A DNA stretch of 32,000 bases, from positions 30,001 through 62,000 of the forward strand of contig JAUVVC010000002.1 in the NCBI GenBank assembly GCA_030604855.1, written 5' to 3'. The translations under genes and the position numbers were made by a program. The DNA is from Erysipelotrichaceae bacterium. Its GTDB lineage: Bacteria > Bacillota_I > Bacilli_A > Erysipelotrichales > Erysipelotrichaceae. Positions within the stretch are counted from its first letter, which is position 1; every line of letters begins with the position of its first letter. Under the pieces are notes generated by a model that worked only from the letters and a program-made list of their open reading frames with translations, did not search any database and was not told where the DNA came from. Shown piece by piece: positions 14,413-23,561 of this stretch.

Positions 14413-17400
14413 GTTTTATTCCGCATGATCATGTAGTAGAAGCTTGGCACAACCACCATCGTCAGGATGGTGGATACCAATAAACCAAAGAATAGAACCA
14501 AGGCCATCGGGGCCGTCATCGGATCTTTGGATAGAATCAAAGGAATCAAGCCGATACAGGTTGTGATGGTGGTAAGCATGATGGGACGATAGCGTGCATC
14601 CACGGCATTTTGACAGGTTTCCAAGAGCGACTGACCTTGTCTTAAGCCCTCATCCATGACTTCCATCAAAAGGATGCCGTTGTTTACGACAATCCCAATC
14701 AAACTTACAGCACCCAATAAAGCCATGGCTTGGATGTCTGATCCAAAGAGGTAAAGTCCTAAGAAGACACCGGTTAAGGAAAGAGGAATGCTGGTCATGA
14801 TGATCAACGGTTTGATCAATTTCTCGAACTGAACCAAAAGAATCATGTAAATCACAAGAATGGCAATCAACGCAGAATAGCCAAGATTTTGAATCAATAA
14901 GAATATATTCGTCAGTTCACCATCGAAACGGACAGAAACACCTTCCGGCAAAATGAGCTCATCGATTTTATTTCTAAACGTCAGTTCAATCAAAGGTGCG
15001 GAATAACCAGGACGGATGTCGGAAAGAACGGTGATTGTCCGTTGCCCATTGTGTCGATAAATCGAAGGGATATTTGCCTCAAGATCCAACGAAGCCAATT
15101 GATACAGCTGCATGGTGGTTTCCGTTGCGGATGATTGAATGGGAAGTCGATACAGATCATCCAAAGAAGTGATGTCGCCTTTGACCAAGATGTCCATTTC
15201 TTGACCACCAGCTTTAAAGCTGGAAGGACGGGTGCCCATCAAAGCGGTGTTGATCTGTTTGACGATGTCATATTTCAAGATTCCACTGGTGGATAGGATA
15301 TCCTCATGTATGTTTACGACGTACTCATATTCTTTCGGTACATTATTGTCTCGGATGTTGTAGGTGCCTTCTATGTCCTCAAGAACTGTTTTTATTTGAT
15401 TGGATGCCAACAAAAGCGCTTCAATGTCTTCACCACTCAGTGTGAAGACCAGCTTCGCATCCGTAGGCATGGCGTATTCCAGATACTTGACCTCAAGCTT
15501 AGCCCCAGCGACATTTTGATCAAGACGTTGTTGGAGCTCAAATCCGAATTCCTCATTGGTCTTGAAGTCACTGTTGGATAAATCAAGTTTAAGCAGGAAT
15601 TGAGCCTTGTCATCCCCAGGGTTCGAGTTGGGAACAGTAATGAAGAATTTGGGTAGACTGGTCCCAACCGATGAGATGATCTCTTCGATTTCATCGTATT
15701 CCTCAAGCAGGGCATAGACTTGATCGTGAACACTCTGTGTTTTCTGAATGGAAAGCGTTTCTGCTTCTAAATTGATGTAGATCACAGGTTTATCGGAATA
15801 AGGGAAGAAACTGATGCCCAATTGGGTAAACAACAATGCCGATATCCCTAAACTCAAAAAAGAAACGAAAAGTGTTTGCTTTGGGTATTTTAAACCTAAT
15901 GCGAGCAGGTCATCAAAGAATTTTCGAATCGGTGAGTTGCTCGTTTTTTGAATCCGTTTTTCATCTTCTTTGGTGAAGAAATAAAAGGCAAAAACGGGTA
16001 CGATCAACATCGCCACAAAATACGATGCGATGAGAGTTGAGATGATGACGATGGGAATGGTTGCGACGGTCTTACCGATGACCCCTGGCACAAACAATAG
16101 GATCCCAAAGGTGACGATGGTTGTCAACGTTGAAGTGAAAACCGGCGATGACGTTTCTTTGATCGCATTGTAAATGGCTTCTTCGATGGGTTTATCTTGG
16201 TTCACTTGGACTTGGATCGCATCACTGACCACGATCGCATTGTCCACAAGGATTCCTAAAGAGATGATCAAGGCCGCAATGGAGATGAAATGGAACTCGA
16301 TCTTCAAGAGATACATAACGATGAAGGTGATCAAAATAGAAATGGGTAAGGATAACGAGATGATCAAGGCGTTGCGTAAACGAACACCGATCATGACGAC
16401 GACAATGATCAAGGCGATGCTTTCCGCAAGATTGAGAATGAAATCATTGATAGAAGCATCGATGTCTTCCGGTGAGAAGACGACTTCATGAAAGATGATG
16501 TCGGAAGGAAGATCTTGTTTGAGGTCATCCAGAATGGTTCTGACTTCTTGACCTATCAGAACCGCATTGGTTCCAGGTTCAAAATATCCGGTCATGAGCA
16601 CAGCATTTTGACCGTTGTGTTGATAGTTGATCTTACTTTCATTGATGATGGAAACCGTTGCCACATCTTTCAGACGTACGAAACCAACTTGTTCCTGCGA
16701 GCCACCAATGATGATGTTTTCAATGTCTCTGAGATTTTCGAAGGTTGCGGGGGTTTTGACATTGATGGTCTCATCCGCATAGGAAATCGATCCGGAGGGA
16801 ATGGTCAGGTTCTGCGCTTGTAAAAGTTGTACAATCGTTTCGATGGAAACCCGATAGAGATACAAATCATCGATGTTCACATTGACCAAGACTTCTTTGT
16901 TGGTCACCCCATCGATATCGATGCGGACGACTTCTTCGACCTGTTCCAAAGCTTGTTTGATGCGTTTTGCGTAGTTGACCAGATCATCGGTTTGATAGGC
17001 ATCGTTGGAAAGGGAAAGAATGAATTGTGGTACATCCGTCAAATCGGTTTTGACTTCACTTTCCATCGCGAGGGGTGGAAGATCTTTTTGAACATTGGCC
17101 ACCAAGTCGCGGACTTGTTGGAGGGAGCGTTCCGCATCCACATCGATTTCAAAGAGTACGACCACGACCGAGGCACTGTTCACGGAATAGGAGTTTAAGG
17201 TTTCAATGCCTTGAATGGATTGAAGACTGTCCTCGATTTTCTGTGAGACCATGGTCTCGACTTCACTGGATGTGGCTCCGGGATAAACGGTGGTGATCAT
17301 CGCAGCAGGGAAGTTCGTGTTGGGATTCTCTTGTTTCGGAATTTGTATGTAGCTGAAGACACCAAAAATAACGACAAAGATCAAGGAGAAAATGACGATC

Positions 17401-17438
17401 TGGCGTTGCTTGAGAAATATCTTGATGAGTTTACTCAT
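14400..17438 (-). CDS. RND-family efflux transporter permease (AcrB/HAE type)
   Basis: 1012 aa with the 12-TM, two-large-loop architecture and the TM4 motif LGILVDNAIVV. It overlaps the upstream adaptor gene by 8 nt. Confidence 0.9.
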   Translation of the reverse strand: MSKLIKIFLKQRQIVIFSLIFVVIFGVFSYIQIPKQENPNTNFPAAMITTVYPGATSSEVETMVSQKIEDSLQSIQGIETLNSYSVNSASVVVVLFEIDVDAERSLQQVRDLVANVQKDLPPLAMESEVKTDLTDVPQFILSLSNDAYQTDDLVNYAKRIKQALEQVEEVVRIDIDGVTNKEVLVNVNIDDLYLYRVSIETIVQLLQAQNLTIPSGSISYADETINVKTPATFENLRDIENIIIGGSQEQVGFVRLKDVATVSIINESKINYQHNGQNAVLMTGYFEPGTNAVLIGQEVRTILDDLKQDLPSDIIFHEVVFSPEDIDASINDFILNLAESIALIIVVVMIGVRLRNALIISLSLPISILITFIVMYLLKIEFHFISIAALIISLGILVDNAIVVSDAIQVQVNQDKPIEEAIYNAIKETSSPVFTSTLTTIVTFGILLFVPGVIGKTVATIPIVIISTLIASYFVAMLIVPVFAFYFFTKEDEKRIQKTSNSPIRKFFDDLLALGLKYPKQTLFVSFLSLGISALLFTQLGISFFPYSDKPVIYINLEAETLSIQKTQSVHDQVYALLEEYDEIEEIISSVGTSLPKFFITVPNSNPGDDKAQFLLKLDLSNSDFKTNEEFGFELQQRLDQNVAGAKLEVKYLEYAMPTDAKLVFTLSGEDIEALLLASNQIKTVLEDIEGTYNIRDNNVPKEYEYVVNIHEDILSTSGILKYDIVKQINTALMGTRPSSFKAGGQEMDILVKGDITSLDDLYRLPIQSSATETTMQLYQLASLDLEANIPSIYRHNGQRTITVLSDIRPGYSAPLIELTFRNKIDELILPEGVSVRFDGELTNIFLLIQNLGYSALIAILVIYMILLVQFEKLIKPLIIMTSIPLSLTGVFLGLYLFGSDIQAMALLGAVSLIGIVVNNGILLMEVMDEGLRQGQSLLETCQNAVDARYRPIMLTTITTCIGLIPLILSKDPMTAPMALVLFFGLLVSTILTMVVVPSFYYMIMRNKTKEA

Positions 17439-18741
17439 ACGGAATGATCTCCGTGATGTTCACTTCACTTCCCACACTGAGGAAACGGCCACCTTCAATG
17501 ACCAATTGATCATCGACATTCAAACCGGATACCAGGACTTGATTGTTGTTGATGGAAAGGATGGTGATCTTTCGTTTTGCGACACGATCATTTTGAATGA
17601 TATAGACATAATCTTCCCCATCATTCAGAATCGTAGAGAGATTCAACCAGACACCTTCGCGTAAACCGACATCGATGGCAACACTGGCGGTTTCACCGAT
17701 GTTCAATTGACTGCTGTTTTTGAATTGAATGCGGGTCAGGTACGTTCGACTGTTGGTGTCGGGTAGTTTTGCCACATCCAAAACAGAACCATCGTACTCG
17801 TTTTCATCGATGGTGATGAAACTTTTCTGCTTCGCCTTAATGTCGTTGACACTGCCTTGGCTGACGCCGATGTGTACGACCATCTCGTGACTCGCAATGA
17901 TGACGGTCGGGGCAAGGGGACTTCCGATGTCGCCAACTTTGGAGACAAGTTTGACAACGGTCCCGTTGATTGAACTTCTTAAAATGTTCGAGTCGATGTT
18001 TTCGTTGGCCGCATCGACGTTGTTTTGACTGATGGTGACTTGAGCTTTTGCGGCTTCAAGATTGGCATTTGCCCCATCTTTGCGGGCTTGTGCGATTTCG
18101 ATTTCGGATGAGAATTCCACATCCCGCTCCAATCGATAATCGGCTTCAGCTTGAGCTGCCTCGGTATTGGCTTGAGTTAATTTTGTCAATGCTGCGCTTG
18201 CTTCGGCACTGTCTTCCCCATGATCCAAGACCACCTGATCATAATCGATCTGAGCTTGATCGGCTTCCGCTCGTTTTGTCTCTGCAAGCACACGTTTCTG
18301 CTCAATCACCACATCCTGAGTTTCACGGTCTTTGATGACGGCGTTATATTCGGCTTCCGCAACCCGTAGGTCCGCTTCCGCTTCTGTTTGTTGAGCTTTA
18401 GCTAAACGTAAGGATTCATTCGCATTATCACGACTTATTTCAGCCTGTTCGCTGTCTATTTTGGCCAAAGCTTGATCTTTCTTAACTGTGTCGCCTTCTT
18501 TGACATAGATCTCTTCGATCGTACCGACATTGCTAAATGTCGCTTGATTCAAGTCCTTTGGTTGGATGATGCCAATAAAATTCATCGTTTCCTGGTTGGT
18601 GCGTGTATTGATGGTCATAACCTTGACACTGAGTTTTTTGGCTTCTACGACTTCCGCTTCAGGTTTTTGGGGTCGTAAAAAAACGAAATATGCCAATATG
18701 CTTATAACCAAGGCAAGCAGAATCCATTTATTTCGTTTCAT
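17431..18741 (-). CDS. Efflux RND periplasmic adaptor (membrane fusion protein, HlyD/AcrA family)
   Basis: The ATG at 18741 has AGGAGA 8 nt upstream. It has an N-terminal TM anchor, a lipoyl/beta-barrel segment (GDTVKKDQALAKID) and a long Ala/Glu-rich alpha-helical hairpin. Confidence 0.85.
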   Translation of the reverse strand: MKRNKWILLALVISILAYFVFLRPQKPEAEVVEAKKLSVKVMTINTRTNQETMNFIGIIQPKDLNQATFSNVGTIEEIYVKEGDTVKKDQALAKIDSEQAEISRDNANESLRLAKAQQTEAEADLRVAEAEYNAVIKDRETQDVVIEQKRVLAETKRAEADQAQIDYDQVVLDHGEDSAEASAALTKLTQANTEAAQAEADYRLERDVEFSSEIEIAQARKDGANANLEAAKAQVTISQNNVDAANENIDSNILRSSINGTVVKLVSKVGDIGSPLAPTVIIASHEMVVHIGVSQGSVNDIKAKQKSFITIDENEYDGSVLDVAKLPDTNSRTYLTRIQFKNSSQLNIGETASVAIDVGLREGVWLNLSTILNDGEDYVYIIQNDRVAKRKITILSINNNQVLVSGLNVDDQLVIEGGRFLSVGSEVNITEIIPYE

Positions 18742-19393
18742 ACATCGTGTCTCCTGCTTCAATCATTAGGGTGAAAAGGTTTAGATACGTCTCAAGTGTC
18801 CAGTCGATGTTGAGATCGAATTTACTTTGATATGCATCTTCAAATAATCGCGACAAACCAGCAAATATCGCATCCGCCAACATGGTGCAAAGGGTTTCGA
18901 CTTGCTTGTTTTGAGCTTCGATGCTTGGAAACCATTGAAGAATGATGCCATCGATCAAGTGTTTGATGGATTGAGCGATTTGATCGTTCAGCTTGGAATA
19001 GCGCATGAGGATAAGCGTTTCAGTTTGATGTTTTGAGTACACTTCAACCAAACCTTGGGTCAATTGTTTGACTTGATCTTTGAACCACTCGTTTCGATCG
19101 ACTTCCGTGTGTTCCGTGTTGCTTTGACTCAGGATGATCGTATTGAATGCAAGAATCGTGTCCTGAACCAAAGCATTGAATAGCTTTTCTTTGTTGGGAT
19201 AATAATGGTAAAGATTGCCAACGGACATTTTTGCCTCGCTCGCAATTCGACGCATCGATGCGTCTTCATAACCATAATTAAAAAATTCTGTGCGTGAAGC
19301 GTTTAAGATCCGTTCACGATAATCGTCTTTGAGTATTTGTGCCATGCCATTAGTATACAGCTGTTCATCAATGAATTCAATTCTTGTGTCCAT
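18728..19393 (-). CDS. TetR/AcrR-family transcriptional regulator (first gene of the efflux operon)
   Basis: The N-terminal HTH is RERILNASRTEFFNYGYEDASMRRIASEAKMSVGNLYHYYPNKEKLF. The start may instead be the ATG at 19345. Confidence 0.85.
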   Translation of the reverse strand: MDTRIEFIDEQLYTNGMAQILKDDYRERILNASRTEFFNYGYEDASMRRIASEAKMSVGNLYHYYPNKEKLFNALVQDTILAFNTIILSQSNTEHTEVDRNEWFKDQVKQLTQGLVEVYSKHQTETLILMRYSKLNDQIAQSIKHLIDGIILQWFPSIEAQNKQVETLCTMLADAIFAGLSRLFEDAYQSKFDLNIDWTLETYLNLFTLMIEAGDTMYETK

Positions 19394-19559
19394 ACTTTTA
19401 TTTCAGTATGATTAAAGTAATCGTTCATATTTATCTAACATTTGCACCATCAAATCAAATCACAAACGATGCGTGGTGTTTAAACCATTGCATTAAAGAT
19501 TAGGCAAAATTATTGCTTATTGTCACGTGTTTCGTTAAGCTATTTTTAAATATTCAGTA

Positions 19560-19580
19560 ATTGTTAAGCATATTAACAAT
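19560..19580. promoter_or_regulatory. 8-bp perfect inverted repeat ATTGTTAA-N5-TTAACAAT just upstream of the DUF2177 SD
   Basis: Seen directly in the sequence. A GTTAAGC half-copy also occurs about 30 nt upstream. Confidence 0.3.
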
Positions 19581-19594
19581 AAAGGGGGCTCATT

Positions 19595-19993
19595 ATGAGA
19601 TGGTTGGCATACTTTGGCGTAACATTTGTCGTTTTCATGGGCATTGATTTGATCTGGTTGGGCTTTGTGGCGAAAAATATCTATGCCAAGTATCTTGGTT
19701 ATCTGATGGCTCCGAAGGTCAATTGGTTGGCCGCTTTGGTGTTCTATGTGATTTTCATTGTCGGCATCTTGTATTTCGTAATCGCACCAAGTTTGGTGGA
19801 TCGTGATTTATCGCAACTGGTGATGCGTGCCATGTTGTTCGGCTTCATCACCTATGCGACCTACGATTTAACCAATCTGGCGACGGTGCGCGATTGGCCG
19901 ATCACCATCACGATCATCGATCTCATCTGGGGAACGACATTGTCGACCAGTGTCAGTGTCATTTCATACTTCATCATCACCAATTTCTTATAG
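19595..19993 (+). CDS. Small polytopic membrane protein, DUF2177-like
   Basis: 132 aa with about 4 TM segments and SD aaaggggg. The family assignment is from memory of the DUF2177 length and pattern. Confidence 0.65.
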   Translation: MRWLAYFGVTFVVFMGIDLIWLGFVAKNIYAKYLGYLMAPKVNWLAALVFYVIFIVGILYFVIAPSLVDRDLSQLVMRAMLFGFITYATYDLTNLATVRDWPITITIIDLIWGTTLSTSVSVISYFIITNFL

Positions 19994-20002
19994 GAGTCAA
20001 AC

Positions 20003-21772
20003 ATGAAACAAATCAATGGACAAGAATTATACGCATACATCGTATCTGGCGCGAAAAACGTCATCGTCAATGAGCAGAATTTGAATCGCATCAATGTGTT
20101 TCCAGTTCCCGATGGGGATACGGGAACCAATCTTGCTTTAACGATGAATTCCATCATCAATCAAGCTCAACGTTTTGATCATGCCCACCAGACCATGGCT
20201 GAGATTGCTCAATTATCGATTGATAATGCTTATGGCAACTCCGGCATGATCTTCGCCCAGTATTTCAATGGTTTAGCCGATGCGATTCAAGCAAAGAGCA
20301 GCTTATCACCTGTGGAATTGGTGGAGAGTTTTAAACAAGCCGCATTGCAAGCAGTGACTTCGGTTGCACATCCCAAAGAGGGGACTATTCTTACGGTCAT
20401 GCGGGAATGGACAAAAGCTTTGGAAGGCGCTTGGGAAGTCGACTATGATGTGATTTTTGAGAAATCGCTTCATTCTCTACAAGATGCGGTAAGCAATACG
20501 AAGAATCAGTTGAAAGTCTTAAGAGACAACAATGTCGTGGATGCTGGAGCACAAGCGTTTTACTTTTTTGTGGAGGGCATCGTACGTTTTTTGAAATCGG
20601 GAACCTTGGAAGATTTGGAGTTCACTGCGGCACGTTTGGACTTGATCACAGAAATGACACCCAGTTTGGAGATTGGGGCGCATCGTTATTGTGCTCAATA
20701 TCTGATTCAAACCAAAGTGAACCAAGAAGATTTGATCAAGCATTTGGATCGTTTTGGGGATTCTTTGGTGGTCAATCAAAATGGAGAACACATCAGTATC
20801 CATGTGCATACCGATGAACCGCATGTGATCATGCGGGAATTGGTGAAAGATCATCGTGTGATTTCACACAAGGTCGATGACATGTGGATGCAGGCACATT
20901 TGATTCATGCCAAACAAGCCACCATGGCCATCATCACGGATTCGATTGCGGATCTTCCTCAGCAGTTCAAGGATGATCACCACTGCGTGGTGCTTCCTTT
21001 GAACATCATCATTGATTCCAATGTGTATATGGATAAGTTGACGATGCGTTCCAGTGATTTCTACAAACATTTGGATGATTATCGCTTGAACCCAAGTTCA
21101 TCGCAAGCCAGTCCACTTGCGATTGAACGCATCTTGAATCAGGTCTTACCACACTATGATGAAGTCATTGGCATCTTCGTCTCGCAAAAGATGAGTGGAA
21201 CCTATCAAAACATCTTAAAAGTCGTGCATAAGATGAATCTGAAAGACAAGAAGATTGCGATGATCGACTCCAAGACCAATTCAATCACTGAAGGTTTGTT
21301 GGTGTATGAAGCACTTAAACTTAGAGCTGAAGGGGCTTCTTTTGAAGACATCGTTGCCAGAATCGAGGCGATGATTCCGCGTCTGAACATCTTCGTGAGT
21401 GTCAAAGACTTGAAGTATATGCTTAAGGGTGGAAGAGTCTCCAAAGTACAAGGCTTCGTCTTGTCAAAGTTGAAACTGCAGCCCGTCATCTCCATTGATG
21501 AAGAGGGTAAGGGCATCATTCCATTCAAATCCTTGAACCAAAAGAGTGCTGTGAAATCCATTCTGAATGTGGTGAAGAAGGATATGGAAACCGTCGGGAT
21601 TGATAAGTATGCTTTGGTGTATGCGGATGATCCGAACGATCTGACAGAGTTCAAAGCGTCCTTAGTCAAAATCATCGGTAAGGAACCGGAATACATCGAA
21701 ACGATTTCACCGATCGTGGGGCTCAATGCCGGTAAGGGAGCCTTTGCGGTCGGATACATTAAGAAAGCTTAA
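20003..21772 (+). CDS. DhaL/Dak2 (FakA-like kinase) domain fused to a full DegV (FakB-like fatty-acid-binding) domain
   Basis: 589 aa. The N-terminus has NVFPVPDGDTGTNL. The central region has HRYCAQYLI...GDSLVV...ISIHVHTDEPH. From about residue 308 it has the canonical DegV pattern MAIITDSIADLP...PLNIIID...SSQASP...VSQKMSGTY...IDSKT.S..EG...VKDLKYMLKGGRVS. Confidence 0.85.
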   Translation: MKQINGQELYAYIVSGAKNVIVNEQNLNRINVFPVPDGDTGTNLALTMNSIINQAQRFDHAHQTMAEIAQLSIDNAYGNSGMIFAQYFNGLADAIQAKSSLSPVELVESFKQAALQAVTSVAHPKEGTILTVMREWTKALEGAWEVDYDVIFEKSLHSLQDAVSNTKNQLKVLRDNNVVDAGAQAFYFFVEGIVRFLKSGTLEDLEFTAARLDLITEMTPSLEIGAHRYCAQYLIQTKVNQEDLIKHLDRFGDSLVVNQNGEHISIHVHTDEPHVIMRELVKDHRVISHKVDDMWMQAHLIHAKQATMAIITDSIADLPQQFKDDHHCVVLPLNIIIDSNVYMDKLTMRSSDFYKHLDDYRLNPSSSQASPLAIERILNQVLPHYDEVIGIFVSQKMSGTYQNILKVVHKMNLKDKKIAMIDSKTNSITEGLLVYEALKLRAEGASFEDIVARIEAMIPRLNIFVSVKDLKYMLKGGRVSKVQGFVLSKLKLQPVISIDEEGKGIIPFKSLNQKSAVKSILNVVKKDMETVGIDKYALVYADDPNDLTEFKASLVKIIGKEPEYIETISPIVGLNAGKGAFAVGYIKKA

Positions 21773-21784
21773 ATAGAAAAATTG

Positions 21785-21833
21785 AAACGTTCTCATTGAT
21801 CGAAAGAATAAATGTCAGTGGAACGTTTTTTTT
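21785..21833 (+). terminator. Possible terminator after the fusion gene
   Basis: Arms aaacgttc/gaacgttt around a long, partly paired 28-nt loop, followed by T-run ttttt. Confidence 0.45.
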
Positions 21834-21884
21834 ATGATGAAAGTGAAAGCCAAGGATGCTATCATACACTAGGAAGGTATCTTT

Positions 21885-23555
21885 ATGTTCAACGAAATCT
21901 TTGGCAACATCATCAACAACATCGCGATTCTCATGGTCATCGCTTATATCCTACCGCGGCTGCGATTCTTTCGTAAAACCGTGTTTGAACATGAAAAAAC
22001 ACTTAAAGAGAAAATTATCCTGGGTTTGATCTTTGGATCCATCGGCATCTTGGCGACCCATACCGGAATCCGTATCCAAGGTGCCATTGCGAACACACGA
22101 GTCATCGGTGTCATCGCAGGCGGCTTCTTAGGTGGGCCCTTGGTCGGTTTCATCGCAGGTGCCTTGGCAGGCAGTCATCGTTATCTGATCGACATCAACG
22201 GCTTCACAGGCTTGGCGTGTGCCATCTCGACACTCGTGGAGGGTATCTTAGGTGGGATGATGTACAAACGTCTACGGGCCGGGAATCATCGTTATCCAAC
22301 TATCTTTTTCACAACGGTGGTGGCGGAGATGTTACAGATGATCATCATTCTCATCGTCGCGAAACCCTATGCGGATGCTTTGGCTTTGGTTGAAATCATC
22401 GCGGTTCCGATGATCGTCATGAACTCCATCGGTGTGGTCGTGTTCATTGAAGGTTTGTACACCGTACAGAAGAACTTGGACCAAACGAGTGCTTATCATC
22501 TTAAGCGGGCTTTTGATTTGGCTGAAATGTGCCTACCGTTTTTGCGGAAAGGCTTGGACGATGAGAAGAACGTTCAAAAGACGGTTCGTTTGATTTTGAC
22601 GAACTCGGATGTGAATGCGGTTTTCATTTCGAACACCGAGAAAATCATCGCAAGTGCAGGTGAGAATCTGGATAAGATGAAAGGCTTCAAATCCTTTTTC
22701 GATGAAGCATTGAAACAATGCATCAAAACGAAGGATATCCTCATCTTGCATGAGAAAGAACTGCGTCCTTATCGCATGGATAGCCATTTCAAACGTATCA
22801 TGGTCGCCCCTTTGGTCAAGAATGGTGTCACGATGGGAACCATCGGTTTGATGGATCGTAAGTTTAAAGAAAAACTAGAAACCGATATTGAGTTCATCCA
22901 AGGTTTGGCCAGTCTCTTTTCAACGCAACTGGCTTTGGCTGAAATCGACTATCAACGCAAATTGCTTGAGCAAGCCGAGCTGAAGGCCTTGCAATACCAA
23001 ATCAATCCGCACTTTTTATTCAATGCCTTGAATACCATCAGTGCGTATTGTCGTGAGAACCCAGAGCGGGCACGGAGCTTGTTGTTGGCGATGTCTTCGT
23101 ATTTTAGGAACACTTTATCCACCCATAAAGATAAGGTGGATATTCATGAAGAGATTGAACATGTTTTATCCTATCTTGAGATTGAGAAAGCACGTTTTGA
23201 GGATCGCTTGGAGATTGTGATCGATGTGGATCCGAAATTGCACTTTCAAGTTCCCAACTTCATCATTCAACCGCTTGTGGAGAATGCGATTAAGCATGGA
23301 ATGAAGAATCGCTTGAGAATCGTCATTCGTGTCACGGAGTTGAAGCGGACTTATCAAGTGAGTGTTGAAGATGATGGAAATGGCATCGATGCACAGATTA
23401 TTGAGAAACTTTATCAGAATCAAAGTGATCAAGATAAGATCGGCTTGGCGAACACCCATCATCGCCTCCAACGACTTTATCCAAACAATAAAGGCTTGAT
23501 CATTGAAAGTGTTCCGTTCAAGCATACTCAGATATTGATGGAAATTCCAAAATAG
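21885..23555 (+). CDS. LytS/YehU/YpdA-family sensor histidine kinase (5TMR-LYT + GAF + His_kinase + HATPase)
   Basis: 556 aa with an N-terminal 5-6 TM domain containing glycine-rich helices, the phospho-His motif QINPHFLFNALN, and ATPase motifs QPLVENAIKHG and DDGNGI. Confidence 0.9.
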   Translation: MFNEIFGNIINNIAILMVIAYILPRLRFFRKTVFEHEKTLKEKIILGLIFGSIGILATHTGIRIQGAIANTRVIGVIAGGFLGGPLVGFIAGALAGSHRYLIDINGFTGLACAISTLVEGILGGMMYKRLRAGNHRYPTIFFTTVVAEMLQMIIILIVAKPYADALALVEIIAVPMIVMNSIGVVVFIEGLYTVQKNLDQTSAYHLKRAFDLAEMCLPFLRKGLDDEKNVQKTVRLILTNSDVNAVFISNTEKIIASAGENLDKMKGFKSFFDEALKQCIKTKDILILHEKELRPYRMDSHFKRIMVAPLVKNGVTMGTIGLMDRKFKEKLETDIEFIQGLASLFSTQLALAEIDYQRKLLEQAELKALQYQINPHFLFNALNTISAYCRENPERARSLLLAMSSYFRNTLSTHKDKVDIHEEIEHVLSYLEIEKARFEDRLEIVIDVDPKLHFQVPNFIIQPLVENAIKHGMKNRLRIVIRVTELKRTYQVSVEDDGNGIDAQIIEKLYQNQSDQDKIGLANTHHRLQRLYPNNKGLIIESVPFKHTQILMEIPK

Positions 23556-23561
23556 AGGTTG

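Noticed and set aside
16174-17198. Series of + strand ORFs (105, 111 and 123 aa) inside the RND gene
   Set aside because: They are antisense to a continuous 1012-aa RND ORF with clear family motifs, and their composition is atypical.
18048-18335. 95-aa Pro/Arg/Leu-rich ORF on the + strand
   Set aside because: It is the antisense reading of the Ala/Glu-rich coiled-coil codons of the adaptor gene.
17900-18450. Apparent repetitiveness (GCT/GAA-rich) in the adaptor gene, considered as a tandem DNA repeat
   Set aside because: There is no exact repeating unit. The pattern reflects Ala/Glu/Gln-rich coiled-coil codons rather than a repeat element.
19478-19485. GTTTAAAC palindrome in the TetR/DUF2177 intergenic region
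   Set aside because: It is only 8 bp and AT-rich, and the flanks do not extend the symmetry. This is expected by chance in AT-rich intergenic DNA.
21205-21759. 184-aa ORF antisense to the DegV domain
   Set aside because: It is a shadow frame of a canonical DegV coding region.
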